A stretch of 63,688 nucleotides of DNA, filler included, from Octopus bimaculoides (Eukaryota): NCBI RefSeq assembly GCF_001194135.2. It is 4 parts of 3 records of this genome, joined end to end, with 100 filler letters (N's around TTAATTAATTAA, not from the genome) between each part and the next. Parts side by side here need not be neighbours in the genome. Positions count along the whole stretch, not along the records: positions 27,121 to 43,398 come from NC_068981.1; 3 more parts are not named here. One strand, given 5' to 3'. Each line of letters starts with the position of its first letter. Position 1 is the stretch's first letter. Both the position numbers and the translations under genes were made by a program. Below are positions 27,130-39,640 of the stretch, piece after piece. The notes beneath the pieces are model-generated. The model did not search any database. It worked only from the letters and a program-made list of their open reading frames with translations, and was not told the origin of the DNA.

Positions 27130-28860
27130 CTGGTCTTTAACTGCTCTAATTCGTCTCTGGCATCCTTTCTATTCCACTAGAATTAAATTGTTACTTTCGG
27201 GATGGTGATTTAACTTACCGACAAGACACCGGTCATAAGCTTCACATAAGTGGAAAACAGTTTATAGGTCGAACATTTAACACCAATTTACCTTTCATGA
27301 GATCCTTAAAACACAACAACCTTCGTTCACTTGTCATCCAATGTGGAACGTGTCCCTGCTGTAAGCATTCAAAGTGCAATGCTATCTTTCTATACAACTA
27401 GTTGAAATTCTTGCACATCATCCGACATGGTCCTTTCCAATTTGGCATTTTTTCAACAACAGTCTACTTGAGTACAGATCAATTCTCGCGTCCTTTTTTT
27501 TCGGAACACCAGCAAGTTGTCTGTCCACCTGTATTAGCTACTCAGCACATTCATTATGTCTCGTTTGCCTATTCTAAATTTCTCCCTCGAATGACGTACT
27601 GTTTTCCGCATGAGGAATCAGATCCTAGCATTGTTCCCCCTCTCTTTTCTCAAAAGGCCTTCTTCTATTTGGTCGAACCGATCTATTCTGTTCAAAACCT
27701 TTGCTTCTAGCATCATATCTTTTCAATCGGACCTTTAACGCCGTTACTCTTGGCGACAATTTTTCATGTACTGTTTATTTCCCTTCTCTTCTAACCCCTA
27801 CTGTCACTTCAGTTTCTTTTAACATTGCCTCATTATTGAGTTCCCCTCTCATTATCTTATTTAATTGCTCCAGTTCCTTTTATATCTTTCCAACTTTATA
27901 TGTATTCTCTTCTTTATATACTTTCCCCTTCAACTGTCTTACGTTTGTATTCTATTACAGAGCTACAACATTAGAGGGGGGGGGCTATGATTAGCTAGTG
28001 TGTTCCTGTTTCTGTTGTGCCTGTAATTCAAAGGGCCAGCCTTGTTACTCTCTATGTCACGCTGAATATCCCCGAGAACTACGTTAAGGGTACACGTGTC
28101 TGTGGAGTGCTCAGCCACTTGCACCATTAATTTCACGAGCAGGCTGTTCCGTTGATCGGATCAACTGGAACCCTCGACGTCGTAAGCGACGGAGTGCCAA
28201 CAACAACACTGGTGTTCTATATTTCAACCAGGCTCAAAACACCGTTTACTTTGCCTGTGGTTTTCTTTACATTTGATGCTATTTCATTGTTTACACCAAA
28301 CATTTCGTAGCAATTCTAGAATCTCCTTCTCTTTGTCATTCAAGTCTCCTTCAACGTTTATTATCACTCGTTTAGCTTCATCTACTTCACTATTTTGTTC
28401 TCCATCAGCATTCTCAGCAGATCGTGGTTTTCTTCATTTACATTTTCTCAATTTCCTATTTCCTACCCCTGCGTTACCACCTCCCACTACCGTTGCTTCA
28501 CGGGCTTCTTGGTCATTTTCTATTCTTGTTTGAATTTCTTCAACCTCTAATCCTGTAATCCAATCATTTATACGAATTGCTCTTGCCGTGTCTATTAGTC
28601 ATTGGACGGAAGCTTCAAAGACTCCGTTTCCATCACATATCTTCTTAATTCCTTTCATGAAACCTCTTTTATTCGGTTCGCTTTCCAGCCGACCTTAATC
28701 ACAATCCTGTTTACCTCTTTTTTCTTCCCAATTAATTTCTTTTCTCACTGCACTGTTTGATTTCGATCCTGATCAACAGCTAGATGACGATATGACGTGG
28801 ATTGATCCGATACTACATGCCTACTATATGCGACAGTTGACAATTCCAGCCCCGGAAATG
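27130..28860 (-). mobile_element. Highly degraded RTE LINE (APE to RT) with a SINE inserted at 28000-28205
   Basis: Scattered remnants resembling APE (RIVIKVGWK, KRFHE) and RT N-terminal motifs; many stops. Confidence 0.45.
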
Positions 28861-28897
28861 CTGTTATAACTATTTGAATATGATATTTTCACATATG

Positions 28898-28928
<31 letters not shown>

Positions 28929-28931
<3 letters not shown>

Positions 28932-29201
28932 TAGTTTTATTTTTATAACGTGCTTTCACTTCACTACCGAGCGCATCTCTGTGCGCCTTGGGTATGTGCT
29001 GTGGTTTGCTGTGGTGCTCTTATGTTTACTGTATTGAAAGTGTTTTGCGTAGAATGTGTGCAGTACCCAGTAGTGCAATTTTCTGTATGTTATATATATT
29101 TGTAAGTCCTGGTGTTTTTGTTATGTATTTGTCTGAATATTTTTTTATTATACCTAAGGCACCTACTATGATAGGAATTGTTTCTGTTTTTAGATTCCAC
29201 A

Positions 29202-29253
<52 letters not shown>

Positions 29254-29523
29254 TAGTTTTATTTTTATAACGTGCTTTCACTTCACTACCGAGCGCAGCT
29301 CTGTGCGCCTTGGGTATGTGCTGTGGTTTGCTGTGGTGCTCTTATGTTTACTGTATTGAAAGTGTTTTGCGTAGAATGTGTGCAGTACCCAGTAGTGCAA
29401 TTTTCTGTATGTTATATATATTTGTAAGTCCTGGTGTTTTTGTTATGTATTTGTCTGAATATTTTTTTATTATACCTAAGGCACCTACTATGATAGGAAT
29501 TGTTTCTGTTTTTAGATTCCACA

Positions 29524-29524
<1 letters not shown>
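28929..29524 (-). mobile_element. Two tandem family A R4/Dong 3' ends (322-bp period)
   Basis: 28929-29202 and 29251-29524 differ at one visible base and share the same 5' truncation point; separated by (ATT)n. Confidence 0.9.
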
Positions 29525-29572
<48 letters not shown>

Positions 29573-29574
29573 TA

Positions 29575-29750
29575 AGACGTCGCATAGTATCCAGTATCGT
29601 GATGTTGTTGATCGGAATGATTGTGTCTACCGGAGGTTTGTAGTGTCTGTAAAGTCACAACAAGGACCTCAGACAGACAATACATTACGCAATATGCGTG
29701 GAGTTCCAAGTAGTGCAGATTTTTGTAATAACCCAGATTATAAGTTCTGT
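29575..29750 (-). mobile_element. R4/Dong 3' end, family D
   Basis: LQKSALLGTPRILRNVLSV*; (TAA)n tail. Confidence 0.75.
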
Positions 29751-29820
29751 ATTTAAGATATGAGAAATTATGTACATTATTTACATTTGACGGATATTTC
29801 TCCTCATCTTGTTTGCTGTT

Positions 29821-29866
29821 AACACAACGTTTCGGCTGATATACCCTCCATCCTTCATCAAGTGTT
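29821..29866 (-). ncRNA. Minimal type-I hammerhead motif in a ~160-bp PLE pLTR fragment (29750-29910)
   Basis: AACAC-UUGAUGA-A-GGAUG/loop/CAGCC-GAAA-CG-UU-GUGUU; perfect 5-bp stem I, C3U change, one stem II mismatch. Confidence 0.7.
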
Positions 29867-30199
29867 TTGGGGAAATTTCGAACCTGGGTTCTCATTCCCA
29901 AATTATTGCAAGGCTTGTTCACGGCACTTAATAGCCTTTTTGTTCATATCAACAGACCACTTGCGTTTGCGAGCACGTTGCATATTTTGACCAGTAAAAG
30001 GACTACGACTTGGTGGAGTCTGGTCTTCCACACCATTGCCTTCTGAGGGGCAATAGAGATCTAGTGTCCTGGACATTCAGGTGGGGGTCTTCCCGTTCAT
30101 ATCGTTATTTGGGTTTGAAATTGTTGTCATTACAAAGAATGATAATGATATTATCATTATTATCATTATTATCATTATTATCATTATTATCATTATTAT

Positions 30200-30575
30200 C
30201 TTTTATGAAAGACGCTTGTCTTTATGCTCTGTGTTCAAATTCCACCGAGGACGACTTTGCCTTTCATCCTTTCGGGGTCGATAAATTAAGTATCAGTTGC
30301 GTACTGGGGTCGATCTAATCGACTGGCACCCTCCCTAAAAATGTCAGGCCTTGTGCCTAGAGTAGAACAGATTATTATTATTATTGACTGAAGGCGGTGA
30401 GCTGGCAGAATCGTTAGCGCGCCGCACAAAATGCTCAGCTGTATTTCGCCCGTCTTTACTTCTGAATTCTAGGACGATAACATAAGTACCAGTTGAGTAT
30501 TGGGGTCAATGTAATCGACTATCCCCCTTCCCCAAAATTCAGGCCTTGTGCCTATAGTAGAAAAGATCATTATTA
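30200..30575 (+). mobile_element. Two head-to-tail SINE family 2 copies
   Basis: Consensus match with ATT tails. Confidence 0.85.
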
Positions 30576-31964
30576 TTATTGAGTGAGAGAGCAGCGCATG
30601 CCATCAAAGTGACACTGGAGTACAAATATACGAAGCCCAACACACCCATCATGACTACCTGTCTGATAAGGGTACACCAAGTACACGCATCGCAACCATA
30701 TGTGCGCGACATGGTGATCTCATATCAAGATAAACAATGCATTACAGGTGCAACTTATGCTCTACGAGAACCTCTTCAGCAGATTTGAGGATTATGGAAC
30801 CGACATAATTTCTTGTACTTCTCCTCTCCTTCCCATGACCCTGAAATAAAAGAACTGAAGATTACTTATTAAAATGTAAACAAAATTGTGGTTGATACAA
30901 CTCATTAATATAATGGGTGCAAGGTTGACAGCTCAACATTAATTATAGATCATCAATGCGGTGTGGGTTATAAACAATTGAATATACGTAATTATATCTA
31001 TATGTATTCATTGTCGTCTGCTAAACCACCACATTGTCTTAGATGTGTGTGTATGGGTATATTTGTATGAGTGTACGTATCTGTCTGCCTGTGCGTGTGG
31101 GTGCGGGATGTTTGTTGTGATTGAATAACTTCGATATTCGATATAAACAATATGAAACAATATTCATTTGTAATTCGTTACCGACTATTAGAAACTGAAC
31201 AATAACCAAGAAGTCGACTGAAAAATATGAACTGTCTATCGATTGTATAATCTGTATGTTATCATCTTCTTCCTCGTCTCTTTGTGAAATATCTTACAAG
31301 TAGATGTATATTCGGAAGGACTAATCTAGACTTATTCCAAGACCTGATAGAAGAAAATTTCTGCATGAACTCTTCCCAGTTCCCTCATTTACAGAACATA
31401 CAACAGCAACAACAATGACAAGATTAATACCAACAATAGAATATTAAGATATAACACATTCCAAAGTTTACAATTTGTGAATGACGTTGCAGCTGCAAGT
31501 CATTCCTGTAGCCATGTGCATTAGTTATCTAATTACTAAACTATACGATAGATTGGCTGACACTAAGATGTGGTAAAGGTTTAGTTCTATTTAGATTTAT
31601 TCTCAACTGTAACATTTCCAAAACAGCCTGTCAACCTACAAGATACTTGGCTTTCGTTCAGATACCCACATTCAACGAAAGACAGAATTCGTTTATCAGA
31701 GATAAACCGGTACTCGAACCTTCGACCCTTCTAAATAAGGATTTGGCACGAAATCAATTATTTCACCCGTTTAGATTGCATTGTGAATATGTCTTTCATC
31801 AGACAAGCTTCTACGCAGAAACAATGAAGATCTTTGGGGAAAACCAATCGAACACCAGTTTAAATATAAAACTATGTCTTACACTAAATACTAAATTAGT
31901 TTAAGCACTTACGTACATAAAATTAGAGCTCATCTTTACTATAGCATGTGGTTGAAGAAAGATC

Positions 31965-32009
<45 letters not shown>

Positions 32010-32011
<2 letters not shown>

Positions 32012-32755
32012 TGTACGTTCTCTTCGTTTTTAATTATATTATTTAAATTCTTCCACTAAGGAAGACGCTGGTTTCTAACAATGATATAAAGCTCCATCGC
32101 TGGAATGTAGAAAACAAAAACCATGTCACATTTTGTGGAGGCACTTGGCCTAGTGGTTAGAGTAGCAGACGCGCAGTTGAGAGATCTCGGGTTCGAATCT
32201 CAGACCGGGTGATGTGTGTTTATGAGCGAAACACCTAAGCTCCACGCGGCTCCGACAGAAGGTAATGGCGAACTTCTTCTGACTTTTTCGCCACAACTTC
32301 CTCTCACTCTTTCCTCCTGCATCTAGTAGCTGACCTGTCACGGACCGGCGTCCCGTCTAGGTGGGGAATATATACGCCAATGAAACCAAGAAACCGGCCC
32401 TTATGATCCAGGTATGGTTCGAGAAGGATCAGCAACAAACGTCACGTTTTAAACTTGAGAAAAGTTTCGCATATTTGTTACTGTTCCACTTACAGATTGC
32501 ATTTTCAATGTGCGAATTAGTCGGTTGATTTCTTTTTTCCTGAAAACCTTAGCTTATCCAGACAGTTGATTAAATATTTACTAAAGATAAAAATATCAAG
32601 TACACCAACGTGAATTTATAATCTGGATACAGAAGCTGGAGGTTTCGAAGCAGTTGTCCACAGTTATTCTTTTTCTCCTTGATTTTCACAGATGTTCACA
32701 TCAACAGAGTAGCTGACATCTCTGACGGTACATATTTTTTCTTGCTACACACTTT
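32010..32755 (-). mobile_element. R4-like REL element 3' fragment interrupted by a SINE
   Basis: Homologous to the 32780-33200 C-terminus (CETFLKF); SINE inserted at ~32140-32440. Confidence 0.7.
32141..32440 (+). mobile_element. tRNA-SINE (family 4 head, different body) with target-site duplication
   Basis: TGGCCTAGTGG / GGTTCGAATC boxes; flanks gtcacattt and gtcacgttt. Confidence 0.8.
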
Positions 32756-32779
32756 GTCTTGCATGTATGTATGTGTTTC

Positions 32780-33530
32780 TTCTATTTTTTTATTATTATA
32801 AATCTTCCACTGAGGAAGGAGCCGATTTCCAACAAAGATACTAGGCTTCATCTTCGGGATGTAGTTAATACAGACAAATTCACACTTGGAACTCGAGAGA
32901 AGTCTTGCATATTTTTACTGTTCCCCTCACAGATTGCATTTGTATTGTACGAATTAGCCGGTCTATTTCTATTTCTGAGAATCCCAGTTTATCCAGATTC
33001 TCCTTTAAGCATTTACTAACAAAACCTAGTGTCCCAATTATTATTGGTATGAATATGAATTCGTAGTCTCGATATAGAAGCTGAAAACCTCGAAGCATTT
33101 GTCCATAGATTTCCTCTTTTTCTTTGATTTTCAAAGAGATGTTTATATCTGCAGGACAGCTGACCTCTATGATGGTACATACCTTTCCTCTTCTGTCCCA
33201 AAAGACAATATCCGGCCTGCTATGTTTACATTTGACTGAAGTTTTGATGGGAATATTCCACCAGTATTCCTTGAGTTGGTGTTTATGAATGTATTCCACA
33301 ACAGAGGGATTTTCTAAGTTTATTTCAGGACAGTATTTTTTTGCGGATGGCATTGTAAATTGTTTTAGCAACAACATCGTGCTGCAAACGGAGGTAGTAC
33401 CGTAACAACATTTTAGAACATGCGTGATGTCTTCCCCAGAAACATGCCAAAGCCTACACATGCGGTTTCACCTTGGGATTACAAGAGCGTCACTGTCTCT
33501 CTTGTCCACCAGATACTTTGTGGCAATCTC
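32780..33530 (-). mobile_element. R4-like REL element 3' fragment (CCHC knuckle remnant + PD-(D/E)xK nuclease)
   Basis: ORF 32880..33461: CRLW..EDITHVLKC...SRPDIVFWD...IIEVSCPAD...KEKEEIY...IPIIIGTLG; (TACA)n flanks. Confidence 0.9.
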
Positions 33531-33549
33531 CTCTATGTATGTATGTATG

Positions 33550-33587
<38 letters not shown>

Positions 33588-33601
33588 TGTATGTATGTAT
33601 G

Positions 33602-35170
33602 TCATTATTCAATTTTATTTCAAGATTTCTTGCCAATAGAGAAAAAACCGGTTTCTAGCCTAGATCGAAGGTTCCTTCATTGGAATTGCAACAATATAAA
33701 GACGGTATTTTTGTATATATGTATACGTGCCGATTTGTACGTTTTGTTTCATATAATTCTTCACATATATATACTTGCATATCTACACATCCTCATACAT
33801 ATTTAAATGCTAAACTTCTGGAAATTTTACAGATATATACAGTTCCAGTGATGGATTGGGTTTGCAGTCTTCGAATCAGCTTTCCCATTTCTGGTTTTGA
33901 GAAGCCTAATTTCTCAAGATTGGTATTTAGGCAATGTGTTACATATCGCAGTGCCCCCAATAATTACAGGTATAAACCTGAACTTGCAATCTGGATAGAG
34001 TAACTGCAGATATCTCAATAGTTCAACGTAGGTATTCTCTTTTTTCACTGACCTTCGGCTTTGTGTCAACATCCGCTGGGCAGCTAATTTCCACAACCGT
34101 ACATAGTTTCATTTCTCCATCTCAAATCATTATATCAGGTCTATTGTATTTACATTTTATTGCGGTTTTCACGGCAACATTCCACCAGTATTCCTTTTTA
34201 TTATGAGTGGTTATGGCTTCTACCATACCGTGGATTCTTATTTCTTTGTCGGTCTTATCCTTCTGACGGATTTCATTATATGGTGTCCTAGCTAGAACAT
34301 CACGTCTCATCGGTAGACAGTACTGTGATGACATTTTCGGACAACTGCTTTTGATGCGGATGATATCTTCGGTGTTAACTCCACAAAGACTGCGTCGGTT
34401 GTCACATTTTACTGCTTTTCTTGTTTCTCTGTCCCTTTTGTGTGTCAGGTTGATATTTCCTGTTCCTGGATTGCAAACGCATACCCTTCAAAGTGAAGCG
34501 TTGTAATCCGGCTGTTGTTCCATGATAGACTGCATTGATGATTAATGTTACTATCACTTCGGAGCATTCTGCTAACATATCCGTGCATTGTGTTCTCATA
34601 TACGCTCATCCTTTCATCTGATGATATGTTGCGATACAGTCATGCCACTTCTTTGGGCATGTGTTTAAGGTTATCAAACAAGGAATGCTGCTCGAAGAGC
34701 TGCCTTCCAAGTCTTTTGATATTATCAACCTTATGGATGTAAACTTGATCAAGGGATGCAATTGATGGTTAAAAGATATTACTGAAGGGATATGATACGA
34801 CATTCAAAGGCATTTTAGATCGATGTTAAGCATCTACCGCTGTTTTCGTTTTTGGTAGAGGCAGTCTACGTCAGTGTTTATGTGGAAATTATGCGTACTT
34901 GTTAGTATTTTTCGGTTTTTCACATGAATGGCTCGGATCTCATCAAGCGTCCAATCAAGTAACCTAAGTGTAGGTATGAGAACTGGCACTGCAAATACAT
35001 CGTGGGCTGTAATATTCCTAAGTGCCATTGTAAGATATGCTTTCATCCACCCCTAGATACGGGTAACAATCTCCATCTGATATAGGAGAAACATTTAAGT
35101 CATTGATGGAGATGCTGCTAGTCTGGTTTACAGTTTTCTCTCTTTTCACAACCATGTGGCAACATTTCTC
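33602..35170 (-). mobile_element. R4-like element 3' fragment (RT thumb to REL), frameshifted
   Basis: FAVPVLIPT...NFHINTDVDCLYQKRK; EYWWNVAVKTAIKCKYNRPDIMI; VEISCPADVD; (TACA)n on both sides. Confidence 0.9.
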
Positions 35171-35582
35171 CTGAATGTATGTATGTATGTATGTATGTAT
35201 GTATGTATGTATGTATGTATGTATATACGTACGTACGTATGTTTTACGTATATACGTATGTATGTATATATGTATATATGTGTGTGCGTATGTAGGTAAT
35301 GTATGTATGCATGTATCTATCTATCTATCTATCTATATTTGCTTTTCTTTTGTATTTATTAGAATTCTTCGTTGAAGAATGGAGCTGGTTTTTCATTAAG
35401 AAACAAAGTTCCACTGTTAGAATTTTGATAATAACACCGATAAGTATTACATTTTGACCTTCAGAAAATTCTTGCATTTTTTACTTTTTCCACTTATAGA
35501 CTGTATTTGTGAAGTGCATGTAAGCCAGTCTCTTCGCCTGAAAAGCTCAGCTTTTCTAAATTATCGTTTAAACATTTACTAA

Positions 35583-36022
35583 TAGGCGCAGGAGTGGCTG
35601 TGTGGTAAGTAGCTTGCTTACCAACCACATGGTTCTGGGTTCAGTCCCACTGCTTGACATCTTAGGCAAGTGTCTTCTACTATAGCCTCAGGCCGACCAA
35701 AGCTTTGTGAGTGGATTTGGTAGACGGAAACTGAAAGAAGCCCGTCGTATATATGTATATACGAATNNNNNNNNNNNNNNNNNNNNNNNNNNNNNNNNNN
35801 NNNNNNNNNNNNTGTGTGTCTGTGTTTGTCCCCCTAGCATTGCTTGACAACCGATGCTGGTGTGTTTATTTCTCCGCCACTTAGCGGTTCGGCAAAAAGA
35901 CACCGATGGAATAAGTACTAAGCTTACAAAGAATAAGTCGTGGGGTCGATTTGCTCGACTAAAGGCGATGCTCCAGCATGGCTGCAGTCAAATGACTGAA
36001 ACAAGTAAAAGAGTAAAAGAGT

Positions 36023-36025
<3 letters not shown>
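35583..36025 (+). mobile_element. tRNA-derived SINE family 1 (a 3' half copy also lies at 37285-37480)
   Basis: Same head, body and tail. Confidence 0.9.
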
Positions 36026-36061
<36 letters not shown>

Positions 36062-36062
<1 letters not shown>

Positions 36063-36660
36063 ATATAACAAAGTACAAGAATAATAATTGGGATAAATAT
36101 AAATTTATAACCAGAGGAGGTGCAGGTTTCGAGGCATTGGTCCATAAATATTACTAATCTTGTAAAAGATATCGGCATATGCAACATTTATCACAGTATT
36201 ATTAATAACGTGTATTGTTGTACCTGATTTTTGTCCAAAATCCCTATGTCATGCTCGTTGTATTTGTACCTGGCAGAATTTTTCATCTGAATGTTCCACT
36301 AATATTCCGTTTTGTTGATATACATGTATTTATTCAATAACAGAGGTTTTGCTTATATTCATCTCAAGGCAGTCTTTCTGTGAATAATATTGCATATTAT
36401 ATTAGTAACATCATGTAGTAAAAGAAGATAGAGCCACGATGACATTTTTGTGGGAGGCTGCTCATTATATGTTTTATATCCTCTACAAAAGATTGACATA
36501 ATCGACATTTATTCTTGCATCTTGGATGTTCAAGGGCTTCTTTGTTTCGTTTATTCGTTAGATATTTCGCTAACATCTCTTGTTCGTGGATTGCGAAGCA
36601 TAATCCTTAAACTTCAACATGTAATGTAACGGTCACGAATCCACAAAGGGTTACACTTCA
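36062..36660 (-). mobile_element. Old R4-like REL fragment
   Basis: FAIHEQEMLAKYL...KMSSWLYL; GYKFIFIPIII. Confidence 0.65.
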
Positions 36661-36817
36661 TGTTAATATAACCAACCTCTTCGAGCTTATGGGAAACATA
36701 CCTATGCATCTTTTGTGTGTGTGTGTGTGGTGTGCGATCTTTCTCGCTAAGTCATTACTATATGTATGAATAGATATACACACGCAAATATGTGTGTGTG
36801 TTTGTGTGTGTATGTTT

Positions 36818-36850
<33 letters not shown>

Positions 36851-37209
36851 NNNNNNNNNNNNNNNNNNNNNNNNNNNNNNNNNNNNNNNNNNNNNNNNNN
36901 NNNNNNNNNNNNNNNNNNNNNNNNNNNNNNNNNNNNNNNNNNNNNNNNNNNNNNNNNNNNNNNNNNNNNNNNNNNNNNNNNNNNNNNNNNNNNNNNNNNN
37001 NNNNNNNNNNNNNNNNNNNNNNNNNNNNNNNNNNNNNNNNNNNNNNNNNNNNNNNNNNNNNNNNNNNNNNNNNNNNNNNNNNNNNNNNNNNNTATATATG
37101 TATATATATATATATATGCATGTATACATATATATATGTGCATGTATATATATATATATATATATATATTATTTTCCTCGTTTCTGCCATACAGGTGCGG
37201 CCATGCTGG

Positions 37210-37256
<47 letters not shown>

Positions 37257-37499
37257 CTATATGCGTGTTGTGTATATTTGCCTCCACAGCTTGACAACCG
37301 GTGATGGTTTGTTTACGTCCCAGTTTCCCGGTTACCTAGCGGTTCGGCAAAACAGACTGATAGAATACGCACCAGACTTAAGAAAGGAAAAGAGGTAACG
37401 GAACCGATTTATCCGACTAACATCCCTGCGAGGCCGTGCCTCCAGCATGGCCGCTCTCCAATCACTGAAACAAATAAAGCGAGGTAAACCATTATCGCT

Positions 37500-38250
37500 T
37501 CCGAAAATGCTTTGAGTCTTTGCCTGATTTCATATTCACCTGTTTGTTCTTATTCCCGTTCACGATATTCTCAATAATTACCGTTGCTACTCTTTGTATA
37601 AACACTGGTGATGATTGATTTACACTTCGTACAAATCCATTTTCTCCCTATTCTCTTTGTTATTTGCCCAACTGTCACGTGCATACATCATTACTTGGTA
37701 CCTCATTGATTTTTAACAATTCTTCTTTTCCCCTCAGCAACATTCCTTTATATTTCGCAATTTTCCAAAGTCCCATGATGCCAACTTCAAGAGCTATTCT
37801 TTTAATGACATTTGAGCGCTTTCCACTTCTTCCAGCCTTAGATCTAAGAAAAGCAAACTCATCCACAACTTCCAGTCTGCATGATATTATATAATCATAA
37901 ATTACTTTCAACTGTTGCTGAAAGTATTATATTCATATTATTGAGTTAGTCTGTCTTAGGTGTCCTTCATATCGGCTTCTGATAATCTCATGGATTTGTC
38001 ACCGCCTTTATTTCCGTCTGTTCCTCACACACGTTCGGGCCCATTCAGGGATGCCATTTCGCTCTTGCTTCTTTCACACCTTGCGTGTTATATAAATAAA
38101 GTATTATGCAAATGTATATTACTTTCATCTCTTGTTTACGAAGTTCTTCGGTAGATTTTGCTTTGAACATCACTTGTGATGTATTTTCAGAAATATTAAT
38201 ATTTATAGCTCCGAGTATGGGTTAAAGCTGTACTTGATCGCTCGCGGTAG
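37500..38250 (-). mobile_element. Degraded LINE RT fragment (RTE-like)
   Basis: AFLRSKA...IALEVGIMG...KINEVPS...RSVNQSSPVF resembles RT domains 3-4. Confidence 0.4.
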
Positions 38251-39419
38251 AAGATATTGTATACACAAAGAGACGAATTTGTAATTGTATGATAGTTCAA
38301 CTTAATATTTACAGAGCTTGTGGCGTATATATATATATACACTGTTGTGGGAAAGTATAAAACATTCAATATCGAATTTAGCCAACACAGAACAGCCTGA
38401 GTGGTCTTCCGGAAGGCACTGTTGTGAGACAACTACTGTTCATAATGGCCCTCTCAGATATGCCATCAGCCACACAGAGAGTAGAACCCTGCTGTACTCT
38501 TTCACCACATTTTCCACTGTTTCTGTTGCACCTGTATTTCAAAGCACCAGCTTTGTTACACACATTGTATCACTCTGCATCTCCCCCCGAGAACTACGTT
38601 AAGTGAACGCGTGTCTGTGGAGTGCTCAGCCACTTACGCGTTAATTTCACAAGCAGGCTGTTCTGCTGATCGGATCAACTGGAACCCTCGTCGTCGTCGC
38701 AACCGAAGGAGTGCCACGATTATCATTAGTAAAAAGAATCATAACAACAATAAGTGGCCAGCAAGCCGATGAATGGCAAATCCAGAATTTTATAATTAAT
38801 TTATAATTATAATAGGGCACCTGAGGTGCCAGTATTTCTGTGAAAATCAGAGTCGAAAATCCTCTAAAAAAAAACCCACCAAATTATATTTCCAATGATT
38901 GGTGTTTTTGTTAGAGGAATTTTCGACTCTGTTTTTCAAAGTATGCTGGCACCGCGTATACCGTTTTATAATTATAGATTAATTANNNNNNNNNNNNNNN
39001 NNNNNNNNNNNNNNNNNNNNNNNNNNNNNNNNNNNNNNNNNNNNNNNNNNNNNNNNNNNNNNNNNNNNNNNNNNNNNNNNNNNNNNNNNNNNNNNNNNNN
39101 NNNNNNNNNNNNNNNNNNNNNNNNNNNNNNNNNNNNNNNNNNNNNNNNNNNNNNNNNNNNNNNNNNNNNNNNNNNNNNNNNNNNNNNNNNNNNNNNNNNN
39201 NNNNNNNNNNNNNNNNNNNNNNNNNNNNNNNNNNNNNNNNNNNNNNNNNNNNNNNNNNNNNNNNNNNNNNNNNNNNNNNNNNNNNNNNNNNNNNNNNNNN
39301 NNNNNNNNNNNNNNNNNNNNNNNNNNTGTGTGTGTGTGTGTGTGTGTGTGTGTATGATGTGTGTATATATATATATATATATATATTTATGTATATGTAT
39401 GTATTACGACTCGCAAATA

Positions 39420-39640
39420 GTGAGTGGTCTTCCGGAAGGCACTGTTGTGAGACAACTACTGTTCATAATGGCCCTCTCAGATATGCCATCAGCCACGCAG
39501 AGAGTCACAATCACAAGTTATGCAAATAATACAGAAGTCTCACAGGGGATATAAAACACTGAAGACGCTATGCACCTGCAACGTGAGTTGGATGAAAAAT
39601 ACAATTGGGATAAGAAGGACAACACGCAGTTCAATGCTGA
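39420..39640 (+). mobile_element. CR1/L2-like LINE RT core fragment (partial second copy at ~38390-38482)
   Basis: SGLPEGTVVRQLLFIMALSDMPSATQRVTITSYANNT...DAMHLQRELD..YNW...TQFNAEK. Confidence 0.8.

Noticed and set aside
30745-30845. Strong minus-strand acceptor (ttcttttatttcag) in unique sequence; also a plus-strand 38-nt AG..GTGAGT candidate near 11166-11203
   Set aside because: No partner exons or recognisable peptide; cannot be supported.
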